Below are positions 1-9,900 of a stretch of DNA of 64,000 bases, piece by piece. Every line of letters starts with the position of its first letter. Position 1 is the stretch's first letter. The notes under the pieces are model-generated. The model saw only the letters and a program-made list of their open reading frames with translations. It ran no database searches and was not told where the DNA came from. The translations under genes were made by a program, and so were the position numbers. Source of the DNA: Candidatus Daviesbacteria bacterium (GTDB lineage Bacteria > Patescibacteriota > Microgenomatia > Daviesbacterales > UBA10151); contig JACPKP010000003.1 of NCBI GenBank assembly GCA_016186955.1, positions 130,290 to 194,289 of the forward strand, in the 5' to 3' direction.

Positions 1-3000
1 AGCCCTTGCAGAGCCGTAAGAATCAGTTGTTGTCTCCATATACAGTGGCCTTGCATTGCCTGAAGTAGGCAATCCTGTCGGATAAACCCATCCCTCTATT
101 GTATAAGCTGAAGCCCCTTTGCTGACACTGGAGGCAGGGTCAATATTTATTTCATCTACACGATTTAGGCCTTCATGAGCGCCACTGCCTAAAAAGGATA
201 ACCCGCCGCCATATTTACCTGTACTCCAGGTTGGGCCAAAATATCCATCAGGTGCAAAATAAGTACTGGTATGGTGGTTACCGGAGCTGTCAATAGGAAC
301 TAATCCGGAAGTTCTTTCAGAATAGGCAAGTAATTTGTATTCATCAAATCTCCAGTGAGTAAACGGTCCTGCACAGCTTGTACTATCCCCAGGAATACAA
401 TATTCCTGGTTGGCAGCCTGGACCTGGTAAGTTGAGTTGTCAGACAGCGCCCCCAAAACCTGAGACGCGCTTCTATTCATATCCAGCTTTACCTGATCTG
501 CAGTCAAAGCAGACCTGTAAACCTTTAGATCATCCAGATCCCCATTTAACTCATCTGTCCCATTGGCCCCATTTGAATCCCCAACATAAAAAGCCGCGCT
601 ATTAGCTAAAGTCCCGGTAGCTGAAATAGAGGTGTCCGGGGTGCCGTTGGCCAACCCGTCAACATACAGATCAAGCCTGGATGTCCCTGTTTTAGTAGCT
701 ACAATATGGTGCCAGCTAGTATCATAAACATCTTTACTGGAGCAGACTGAATCCTCTGGAAAGGAAGTGGTATCATCATCTATCCCAAAACAGACTTGAT
801 CTGAAGTATTTATATAAACAGCATAGCCTATACCATTGCTGGCTCCAGGCCCTTTATTTAAAATAAATTCATTGCCACCAGAGGGGTTAGATGAAGTATC
901 TGATTTAAACCACAAAGAAAAAGAGGCATCATCCGAAGCTGCAAAATCCAAATCACTATCATCTGCCCTGGATGCCCAAACAGCACCTGTCCCATTTAAA
1001 GCCTTTCCAAATTTACCAGAATCAGTAAACCCGCCAGTTGTGGTAGAGAAAGCCAAATCATTGCGGCTTATGGAATTATCACAAAAGTCATTGGTGCCGC
1101 CTGAGCAGGTATTTAATGCCCCTTCATCAAAATCCCATTGGGAAACAGGAGTGCCAACAGGTGAGCCTGGCGCCGGATGCCCGGCATTCATGTCTTCAAT
1201 AATTTGAGCCTGTGTCCTAGGGTAGTTATAGATTCTGATTTCATCAACTTTCCCATTTAAAAAGTTAGTTGCACAGTCGTAGCCTACGCAGAACTTATTA
1301 GCAGCACCATCATTAAAGGTAGCTGTGGAAGTTGTTTGCTGGTCTTGGACACCATCTATGTAAGCTGTAATGGTTGAAGTACTGTTTGAATCTACAGTTA
1401 CTACAACATGATGCCAAGTTTTAGTGGACATAGTTGCATTGCCATTAAGAGGATTAGATGAGTTTTGGTCAGAAAATTGCACTGTATTGAAATTTAGTCC
1501 TAAACTCCAATTGCCATTGCCATGACTAAGAATCCTTGTAGTTTGATTAGCTGTATTTAAATAAATCCAAGCTTCAATAGTAAAATTTCTATTAAAAAGC
1601 ATAGTTGTATCATTTGATGAAGTTGCAAAACTTTGATTAGACCCATTAAGTGAAGTTGATCCGCCATACTTACCAGGAGCCCAGGCAGGAGAGTTACTAG
1701 CTGCCAATGTCAGGCTGTTACCTGAGGAATCAAAAGCACTAGTCCCACTTTTTTCCTCCATCTTCCAATACCCCACTGGCCCTGGGGCAAAGTTATACAG
1801 CTGGGAAACTTCAGCAGGGGAAAGGGCTCTGTTATAGAGCCTCACCTCATCCATTTTACTGGTATTAGTTAAAAAGTGGTTTGAGCCATCATTAGTTAGT
1901 CCTGCTGCAAAAGCATTAGCATTAATACCAGTACCAGTAGTAATTGTGACTAAATTCCAGGAAGAAGCAGTCAAAGTCCCATTTAAGACCCCATTAACAT
2001 AAATAGAAGGAGTGGTAAAACCAGTGGCAGTAAAGGTTCCTGAAGAGGAAGTAATATAAGCGGAAGAGTTAATTAAATTGACAAAATAGTTGGTGGTATC
2101 TGGGGTATTTACCCAGAAAGAGACAGTTTGGATACTATTTATAGCTGTTGCAGTATTTAAATATTGGGTTGTGCCATTGAAACTCCCGGCATTGCCAAAT
2201 TTTCCTGAGGCATAAGTAGTAACACCATTATTAGTTAGAGTAGTGCCATTGCCGGAAGAATCAGAAGCATTTCCAGAACTCTCATCCATCTTCCAATACC
2301 CAACCAGCCCATCTGCTAAGTTTGCATTAGGATCACTGCCAAATCTTACTCCTGCCCCCTCATTATTTGCCCTGGCATTATAATCAGCTTGGATTTGAGA
2401 AACAGTCCTTGCCTGAGGGTATACTTTCACTTCGTCTATAAACCCGAGCCACTCATTAGAAGTCCCATCTAAATCTACCCCTACATAAAATGTCCCGGTA
2501 TTTGCTAAGGTGCCTGTAGCAGCAATAGATGCATCTTGTGCCCTTTGTCTACCATCTACATAAAGGGTAATTGAGGTAGTTCCAGATTTTACCCCTTGCA
2601 CCAAATGCCACTTATCATCATCAAACTCTACAGCAGAGGTGCAAGCAGAATCAGTATTAGTCCCATCAGAGACATCAAAACAATAATCTCCTGATGCATC
2701 CTGATATAGTTTGTAACCTGTGTATCCGGTTTGAGCCTTTGTGATAATAAAATTATTAGCGCTAGAGGCCCCATTTCTTTTAACCCAGGCCTGGATTGTA
2801 AAATTATCCGCTGCCACAAAGTCTAGTTTTGCATCATCGCTTTTTGAAACATTATCATTATTGGTCCCATCAAAATATAAACATTTTCCTGCAACACACA
2901 TATCTTCTGTCCTCCAGTTAGTAGAATCAGACACTGTTCCATCTAAGTTATTAGAAGTAGAATCCTGGGCGGTTGTCCCTTGGGCATCATCAAATTGATA

Positions 3001-3627
3001 GTAAAGGATAGGTGAGGGAGCTTTTTCTTCTGAGGCAAATGTGCCCTCAGCGCAACCATTACCACAAGCTGTATGGGCGAGTGTTGTTGATCCAATGGTT
3101 GCAGAAGGATTGCCATAATACATATATATATTGAATGGAGCAACAGGCATGGTATCAAACCCGACATTAATAACAGTTGTAGCAGAGTCACAACCTGAGA
3201 CAATTTGATAGGGAAGTATCTCCCCATTTTCCTTAGTAAACCTTAAGTCGTCACAATCTGCTTGGAGCTTATCTGTAGTTAAGCTAGCAGTATCAACAGA
3301 GATTGGATTGTAGACATTAGTTTCTGAGGCTGTGTGGGTATCTATTGGTATCCTTTGCCTATACGCCCAGTTATCATCAAACCATACAGCTTGAGCAGAT
3401 TTAGCCCATGGACCAAACAGATACAACAGCCCTGAGCCTGAGAGGGTCAGGAAAACTATTAAATAGGTGACCAATGCCCTTTCAGTGAGTTTAATAAAGC
3501 CTGCCTGACTCCACCTCGGCCGTGCGTCGCCAGAGGCTTTGCCGGCGGCACGAGGAGTCCACTTCGCTTCGCTTCGGGCCTCCTGGGTCTCCAATGGAGA
3601 CCCGTTCGCACTTCGTGCAGAACCCAT
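1..3627 (-). CDS. Secreted/membrane-anchored protein with repeated LamG (concanavalin A-like lectin) domains, partial. The gene continues past the window start.
   Basis: Manual minus-strand translation is continuous (codon ends at multiples of 3). It reads MGSARSANGS..ALVTYLIVFLTLSGSGLLYLFGPWAKSAQA (signal anchor), then repeated motifs such as LNGKVDEIRIYNYPRTQAQI and WHHVVVTVD, typical of the LamG jelly-roll. It is absent from the ORF track only because no stop codon lies within the window. ATG at 3625-3627 is the first Met, preceded by a GGGGA-like ribosome-binding site. The 5' 150 nt are GC-rich repeat sequence, so the exact start is uncertain. Confidence 0.6.
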   Translation of the reverse strand, partial: MGSARSANGSPLETQEARSEAKWTPRAAGKASGDARPRWSQAGFIKLTERALVTYLIVFLTLSGSGLLYLFGPWAKSAQAVWFDDNWAYRQRIPIDTHTASETNVYNPISVDTASLTTDKLQADCDDLRFTKENGEILPYQIVSGCDSATTVINVGFDTMPVAPFNIYMYYGNPSATIGSTTLAHTACGNGCAEGTFASEEKAPSPILYYQFDDAQGTTAQDSTSNNLDGTVSDSTNWRTEDMCVAGKCLYFDGTNNDNVSKSDDAKLDFVAADNFTIQAWVKRNGASSANNFIITKAQTGYTGYKLYQDASGDYCFDVSDGTNTDSACTSAVEFDDDKWHLVQGVKSGTTSITLYVDGRQRAQDASIAATGTLANTGTFYVGVDLDGTSNEWLGFIDEVKVYPQARTVSQIQADYNARANNEGAGVRFGSDPNANLADGLVGYWKMDESSGNASDSSGNGTTLTNNGVTTYASGKFGNAGSFNGTTQYLNTATAINSIQTVSFWVNTPDTTNYFVNLINSSAYITSSSGTFTATGFTTPSIYVNGVLNGTLTASSWNLVTITTGTGINANAFAAGLTNDGSNHFLTNTSKMDEVRLYNRALSPAEVSQLYNFAPGPVGYWKMEEKSGTSAFDSSGNSLTLAASNSPAWAPGKYGGSTSLNGSNQSFATSSNDTTMLFNRNFTIEAWIYLNTANQTTRILSHGNGNWSLGLNFNTVQFSDQNSSNPLNGNATMSTKTWHHVVVTVDSNSTSTITAYIDGVQDQQTTSTATFNDGAANKFCVGYDCATNFLNGKVDEIRIYNYPRTQAQIIEDMNAGHPAPGSPVGTPVSQWDFDEGALNTCSGGTNDFCDNSISRNDLAFSTTTGGFTDSGKFGKALNGTGAVWASRADDSDLDFAASDDASFSLWFKSDTSSNPSGGNEFILNKGPGASNGIGYAVYINTSDQVCFGIDDDTTSFPEDSVCSSKDVYDTSWHHIVATKTGTSRLDLYVDGLANGTPDTSISATGTLANSAAFYVGDSNGANGTDELNGDLDDLKVYRSALTADQVKLDMNRSASQVLGALSDNSTYQVQAANQEYCIPGDSTSCAGPFTHWRFDEYKLLAYSERTSGLVPIDSSGNHHTSTYFAPDGYFGPTWSTGKYGGGLSFLGSGAHEGLNRVDEINIDPASSVSKGASAYTIEGWVYPTGLPTSGNARPLYMETTTDSYGSARA

Positions 3628-3640
3628 CCGAGGTGTTTCC
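3560..3640. repeat. GC-rich palindromic repeat (GCACTTCGTGCAG core) embedded in the 5' end of the LamG gene
   Basis: CGTTCGCACTTCGTGCAGAAC here, versus CCGTCCGCACTTCGTGCAGGACGG at 42967-42990 and GCTGCACGAAGC at 54040-54052. This is a local GC spike in AT-rich DNA. Confidence 0.4.
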
Positions 3641-3890
3641 CCTTCGTCATTGCGAAGCCCTTGTACCGTCTGGTACAGGGCTGTGGCAATCTTGTTAAGT
3701 TTCTGATAAACTGACAACTGTTGTGGGCCTGCCGGGTGGGGAGACGGGCCTCTCAAGTCTGCTCTTAGGGGTTCAACTCCCCTCAGGTCCACGGCATTTG
3801 TATTATCTAGCTCATTGACAGAAGGGGTTAATTGTGGTAGTATATTGTTACTTGAGAGGCCCTTTCCGAACTCGGTAAGAGCGCCTAAAA

Positions 3891-3914
3891 CCGCTTCGCA
3901 AGAGGCGGTTTTTT
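3891..3914. terminator. Intrinsic-terminator-like hairpin between the two giant genes
   Basis: Stem CCGCTTC, loop GCAA, stem GAGGCGG, followed by TTTTTT on the plus strand. On the minus strand it is preceded by an A-tract and followed by four T. It sits about 20 nt downstream of the giant gene stop at 3933. Confidence 0.4.
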
Positions 3915-3932
3915 GGTGGGAAAAATCTTTAA

Positions 3933-6900
3933 TCACCTGCTTGAGACCTCCTTTCCTATAATCAGGTATGAAAACTTAATGTCTTTGGTTTGGGGCAGGG
4001 GAGCCTTGACCACAAACCCCGCCCCGTCTACTTTATCTGTGATTGCCAAAGTTTGGGTGGTTAAAGTTTCAGGGGTTAAGATGACTATGGAATCCGGTTT
4101 TACCAGGTTGTTAAACACTGCAAGTTCTGTTTCTCCTGCAGGAAAAATTGCCGTACCTGAGGATTTGTCAGTCACCTTCACCTGATCTGCAATTAAAGTT
4201 TGAACTTTAAGCGTCCCATCTTTTTCAATAGTTACTTTGCCGTTGAAAATATCAATTTTTTCTGCCAGGGGGGATGTTTGCAGGTAAAGCGTGGGTAGGG
4301 CATTGACCCGGGAGCCGTCAGTGATGGAAAATATCCCGTCAACGACCAGGTCACCGGAGATGAGGGTGTTGGCAAGGGATGATTCGCCCAGCGCTTTTAA
4401 ACTATCAGAGATTGTGACTTCCCCGGCGCTAAGCTTTAATGTAGAGATATCATTTGATACATTTAAACTGGTGGCTGATAGCTTGGCTGAATCAGTTGTC
4501 AGCAATATTTCAGGGGGAGTAAGTTCAAGCTGGTTTACCTCCGGGGTGTTGCTTGCCAACAGCTCATCTATCTTTTGGGAGAGGGAGGCCAGATTTGCAG
4601 AGGTGGAAGCGATTTTTTCACCCAGGGTTTGCGAGTGGCTGACTGCTTCCTCAGACAGGGATTTTACCTGGGCTAAGTCTGACTTGGCCTGCGCAAGCTC
4701 AGCGGAATTTGATGCCTCAGCTGATTTTAAACTTTCAGTCTTGGCAGCAATTCCCAAAATATCACTGCGGAGCGAAGTGATAGAATCTTTCTGTGAAGCT
4801 AAAGTCCCAACCATAGTCAATAAGGCATAGTCTAAAGAAGTCTCATCCTGAGCTTCTCCATTGTCATCCTGAGGTATAGCCGAAGGATATAATTGTGAGT
4901 TTATACCCTTCACTCCGTTCAGGGTGACAATAATATTTGGATCTAAGCTGATAGATTTGGCTGAAACCTTGGGAAGTATCAATGTTCCATCGCTGTCAAG
5001 CAGCATATTTGCCAGCACATTGGCAGGATCGGCAAAGGAGATATTGACAAAGGCCATTATTTTGCCCATTTTCAATTTACAATTTTCAATTTCCAATGAA
5101 TTTCCATTTTGACAATTTTCAACATCCCCAAAATCCTCCAGCGCTTTTCCCACCACCTGCCCGGGCTGGGTGGCTCTCATTGCCACCCCTGGTGTGGAAG
5201 AAGAAGTTAAATAATCTCCTCTGTGGATTGGCCCATTTTCAGCTGAAACTTTTGTTGGCACCCTGCCTGAAAGCGCTACAACCACTGGTTTATCATCAGC
5301 ATTAAATACATCTTTGCTCAAGCTATAAAAGACTGGATTTGTTGAGATAATACCGATAATTTGTGGCTGGTAAGATTGGGTATTTTTAACAACGTAAGCT
5401 TTAGAGATTTGGCCATATCTGTCGTGCACCTCTTGGCTGGCTGATTTATTTGGGTCAATCACTACTAAATCACCAGCTTCCAACGTTCCATCAGAGCCAT
5501 AATATTCCCCTAAATCTCCGGCCCCTGCCTGGTTACAATCCCCAACATCCTGTACCCCTGTTGCCCCGTCTGTGCCATTGTGGCAAAGCCATTCAGTGTA
5601 GGTAGCAGTATCAGATAAATTAATATTAAACGCAGCAGCGCTGGCAGCAATCAAGTCTGAGCCGTCCCCCAGTTCCAAAGTGGCAGTGCCATTAGCGCTT
5701 CTGTAAAAGGCAATATTATTAGCAGTTGTAGCATCCGTTCCCCACTGGATACCTGTTGCTACAGTCTGGGTTCCAAAAGTGCCATCACAGTCAAAACAGA
5801 CACCATAATTATTGTCTGCAGCGGTCTGTGGCGCTAAATAAATTCCGTATTTGATTGAAGTGCCTGTTCCGGAAGATGTGCCATCAGCAACATATAATCC
5901 ATATTGGTTGATTGTCCCGTCTGTTGTCAGCGTGCCTGTTGTTGTGATATATTCCCCGTAAACATTAGTAGTGGAACCGGTTGTGGCTGTGGTGGAAGAG
6001 GGGGCTAGATAACTGCCATAAAGGTTGACAGTTCCACCGGTATTGGCAGCTGCCACAGCTGGTTGCGACCTTAAACCAAACACATCCCTGGTTCCGGTTG
6101 AAATAATGCCTGTTACAGAAGTGGCAGCATCTATAGCTGTCAATCCTCCTGAGCCAGCTGAGAAAGTTTCAGCTGTGGTGGATGATGAAGTTACAGTTGA
6201 ATAGATACCGGTCCCTTTTTTATTGGCATTGCCTGTTAAAGCCAAACTTCCATAATACCCATAATCAGTATTAGCCAAAGCCGTAGCATCTGTAGCCACA
6301 TTTTTAATGCCATTCCCGGTGGTCGCAGAACCTGCGCTAAAGTCTGGCGCCAGGTAAAGCAACGATCCTTCAGTGCCGGCAGATCCCACATCAGAGGCAA
6401 TTTTAACAAAGCCTGAGGAAGTACCGGAAGTTACCCCGGTTGAAGTAGGGCCAACTATGCTTAAGGCAGAACCGGTGGTTACAGAAGAAGCTGTAATAAG
6501 CTCACCAATACCGGTGGCAGTGGCTGTAGTCAACCCTAAAGCATTACCGGTATGGGCAGCTGATGCATTAATGTAAACCAACCCGTTAGTTAAGGCTCCG
6601 GTGGTGGAAGAATTGACATTTAAACCATTTCCGCCACTTGCCAGTGAGTTAGCGGTAATGTTGACAGCGTTACCGGCAGAAGTATTGACACCAGTCACAT
6701 TTAGTACATTTCCTGCTCCGGTTGTGCCTGATCCTACAAAAGTGACTAAATTACCGGTATATCCTGTGGTTGTACCTGTTTGGGTAACATTTAACAGGTT
6801 GGAGGTTGTTTGGCTGGTATTGGAAGAGGATATTTTAAGGCCAGTACCTGTGGTAATAGCATCAAATTGCATATTAAAACCAGTGCCTGTACTCAAGACT

Positions 6901-9900
6901 CCATTAGTCAGGTCTACTGATGTCCCAGTTGTAGCAGCTGTGTCAAACACCACTGTTCCCTGGTTAAAAGTTTTTAGTGTTAAATCAGAGGAGTTAAAGG
7001 TTTCCCCTGATTGCACTGTTAAAGGAGCAGCGCTCTTTACAAAAGAAGAGGTAGGGTTGGTAAAGTTCAGGTCATAAGCTACAGATAAATCCCCGGCAGC
7101 TGTAAAATTGGCAGGTAGTGATGTAGTAAATTGCTGTTGTGATACAGAAAAAAGACTTGAAGAGTTACTAACAAAGTTTAGGAAGTTTAATGGATTATTG
7201 ACGCCGTTTGAACCAATATTTATCTTAAACAGGTCTCCGGTGGCTGTCCCGGTTACTGTTGAACCCGGAGTCCAGTCTAAATATAGGAGATTACCGGAAG
7301 TCAAACCTGTGGAGGTGGTAGAAATATCAGCAAGCTTTCCAGTAGTAAAGGAATTCGCGGCCACCTGGACATTTAATAAATTCCCGGTTGACAGGGAAGT
7401 GGATTGTAAATTAACCATCCCGGTAGTATTGACTCCTGCACCAAGTGTAGTAATGGTATTGTTTGTCAGTTGCAGAGAGGGGACAGTGTTAGAATTATCA
7501 GTCAAGTCCACAGACCCTTGGGCTGTTTTAATGGCATAATTTGTGGTTGAGCCGGATACTGCAGCAATATTGACTCCGGTATTGGTAGTGCCGGCGCCGG
7601 AGATTGCCCCAATATTTATTCCATAATTTGTAGTGGCAGTTGCAGAATTTGCGCCGATATTGACTCCAGAGGATTGGGTTCCAGCCCCGGAAATAGCCCC
7701 AATATTTACTCCTCCAAATGTGGCAGTAGCGGCTCCTGCTGTTGTTCCTAAATTAGCCTGGTAAGAAGTAGAGCCGGAAGTTGCAGTGACAGTGCCTGTC
7801 ACTATGCCCTGATCCCAACCGTTACCAATATTAATAGCTGTTTCAGTCCCGGCGCCAGGGGTAATTGCGCCAATATTAATACCATTTAATGTTCCAGCTC
7901 CTACTCCTGAAGCTACAATACTTACTCCATTTTCGGTGCCGCCAGTGGTGATCGAACCTGTTGCAATTCTTATACCATTTGCTGTTATTGTCCCTGTTGT
8001 TTGTGTAATAGCAGGGATAGTAAAATTGAGTCCCGACCAAAGTATGGTACCCGCAGCAGTATTCTGGGTTAAAGCTCCAGGATTTGTTAAGTTAAAACCA
8101 CTCCAAGTGAATTGTGAGGTACCTTGATTGGTGACAGCGCCTGTATTTGATACAGAATATCCCAGAAAGGTATGATCATTATTTCCAGTTTCGGTAGCAG
8201 CAGGAAGGTTAGTGCGGTAAGCTACTAAAGTTGAAGCTGTCCCGACAAGTGGTGTAACGTTGGTTTGCAGGTCTAAATTAATCCCTCTGTATGTGCTGCT
8301 TAGCAATGTAGACGCGCTGCTGAAGCTGCCTTCTATTAAGCTGGTAGTTCCGCTGGATTGACCTGTTGGGTTGATAAATTCAATACCCACATCCCAGCCA
8401 TTCGCTATATTAATAGCTGTTTCAGTCCCGGCGCCAGGTGAAGAGATTGCCCCAATGTTTACTCCATAAAGAGTTGTACCTGTTGCAGCAGTATTGGGTG
8501 AGAATTTAAAGCCTGAGAAGGTTCCGGAGGTGGCTAAAGTTGTGCTTGAGCCATCAACAAACAGGCCGTTTAAAGAGGCTGTGCCGGCTGTGCCGGTTAA
8601 ATTACCGGTGGTAACTTTAAGGCCTGAACCTGTTACAGTTGAACCGGCAAAGTTATCTGTTAAGGCTGGTACTGTTACATCTACCCCAGACCAATTGTCT
8701 GTGCCTGCAGCTGTAGTTTGGGAGAGGGCGCTGCCTGTAACAGCCAATCCTTTGTAGTTATAAGTCCCTGAACCGGTATTAGTCACTGATGGGTTTAAGG
8801 TTAAACTGATACCAGTGATGGATTGGCCTGTGGCTGTGACATTAGTTGAGGTATCTATTGCCTGGCCTGTTAATGCCCCTGCTAAAGTAGCTGCTGCCCC
8901 ATAAGCAATATTTGATATAGTTCCGGAGGTTTCTGTAGCATTTAGATCCAGTAATTTTCCTGAGGTGGCAGTAGAGGTAATGTAAGCTGCAGTGCCTGTG
9001 GTTAAAGCTGATGCACTGATAACAAAAGAGCCGGTGGTAGTTGTTCCTGTAGTATTGCCTGAATCAACCACCACTGAGCCCTGGTTAAAGGTTTTTAGTG
9101 TGAGATCTGAGGAATTAAAAATTTTGCCTGACTGGATAGTGATAGGAGCAGCGCTTTTAATGAATGAAGTGGTTGGATTAGTAAAGTTAATGTCATAAGC
9201 TACAGATAAATCCCCGGCAGAGGTAAAGCTTGAGGGAAGGGAGGTAGTAAATTGGGTCTTTGATACAGAAAAGACTGAGGAGGAGTTATCAACCAGGTTT
9301 AAGATATTGCCTGTAAAATTGGTGGCATTTGCCCCAAGATTTAGCCTCAATAAATCACCAGTAGGTGAGGTGGAAGGGGCAGAGGATGGTGTGTAGTCTA
9401 AATAATTTAAATTGCCAGTCCAGGTTGCAGTACCTGTGTAGGATGAGGAAAGCAAAGACCCGGTAGTTAAAGCGGTCGAAGATGAGGATAAGCTTAAGGC
9501 CAGTCCAGAACTTAAGCCATTGCCGGTGATTGCAGCCAAAGTACCGGTGTTAGCTGAGTTGGCTGTTAAGTTAAAAATTCCTGTGCCTGTATAAACTCCG
9601 GTATTAGTTATAGCTAAATCAGCGCCGGTTGTAGTGGTATTGGCAATTGACACTATATCATTGGCAGTAGCGGGGGATAAGGTAGTGCCAGTTCTTGACC
9701 AGTAACCAATAGCGCCGGATGTTGGAGCTGTGCTGGTTAAGTTTTTAGAGGCATCTGTGTAAACTGCAGATGAAGCAGAAAGTCCTTGGATATTAACATT
9801 CCCTCCGGCAAAGTAAGCAGCATAATTGGTGTCAGCTCCGGTTGGGGATTCTACATACAACCCATACTTGGTAGATGTGCCATTAGTAGAGGAAGTCCCG

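Noticed and set aside
3500-3800. Group I/II intron or other self-splicing element in the GC-rich segment between the two giant genes
   Set aside because: It is only about 300 nt, has no RT or maturase ORF and none of the intron domain V/VI signatures. The sequence is explained by family-2 repeat material, and the LamG reading frame stays open through it.
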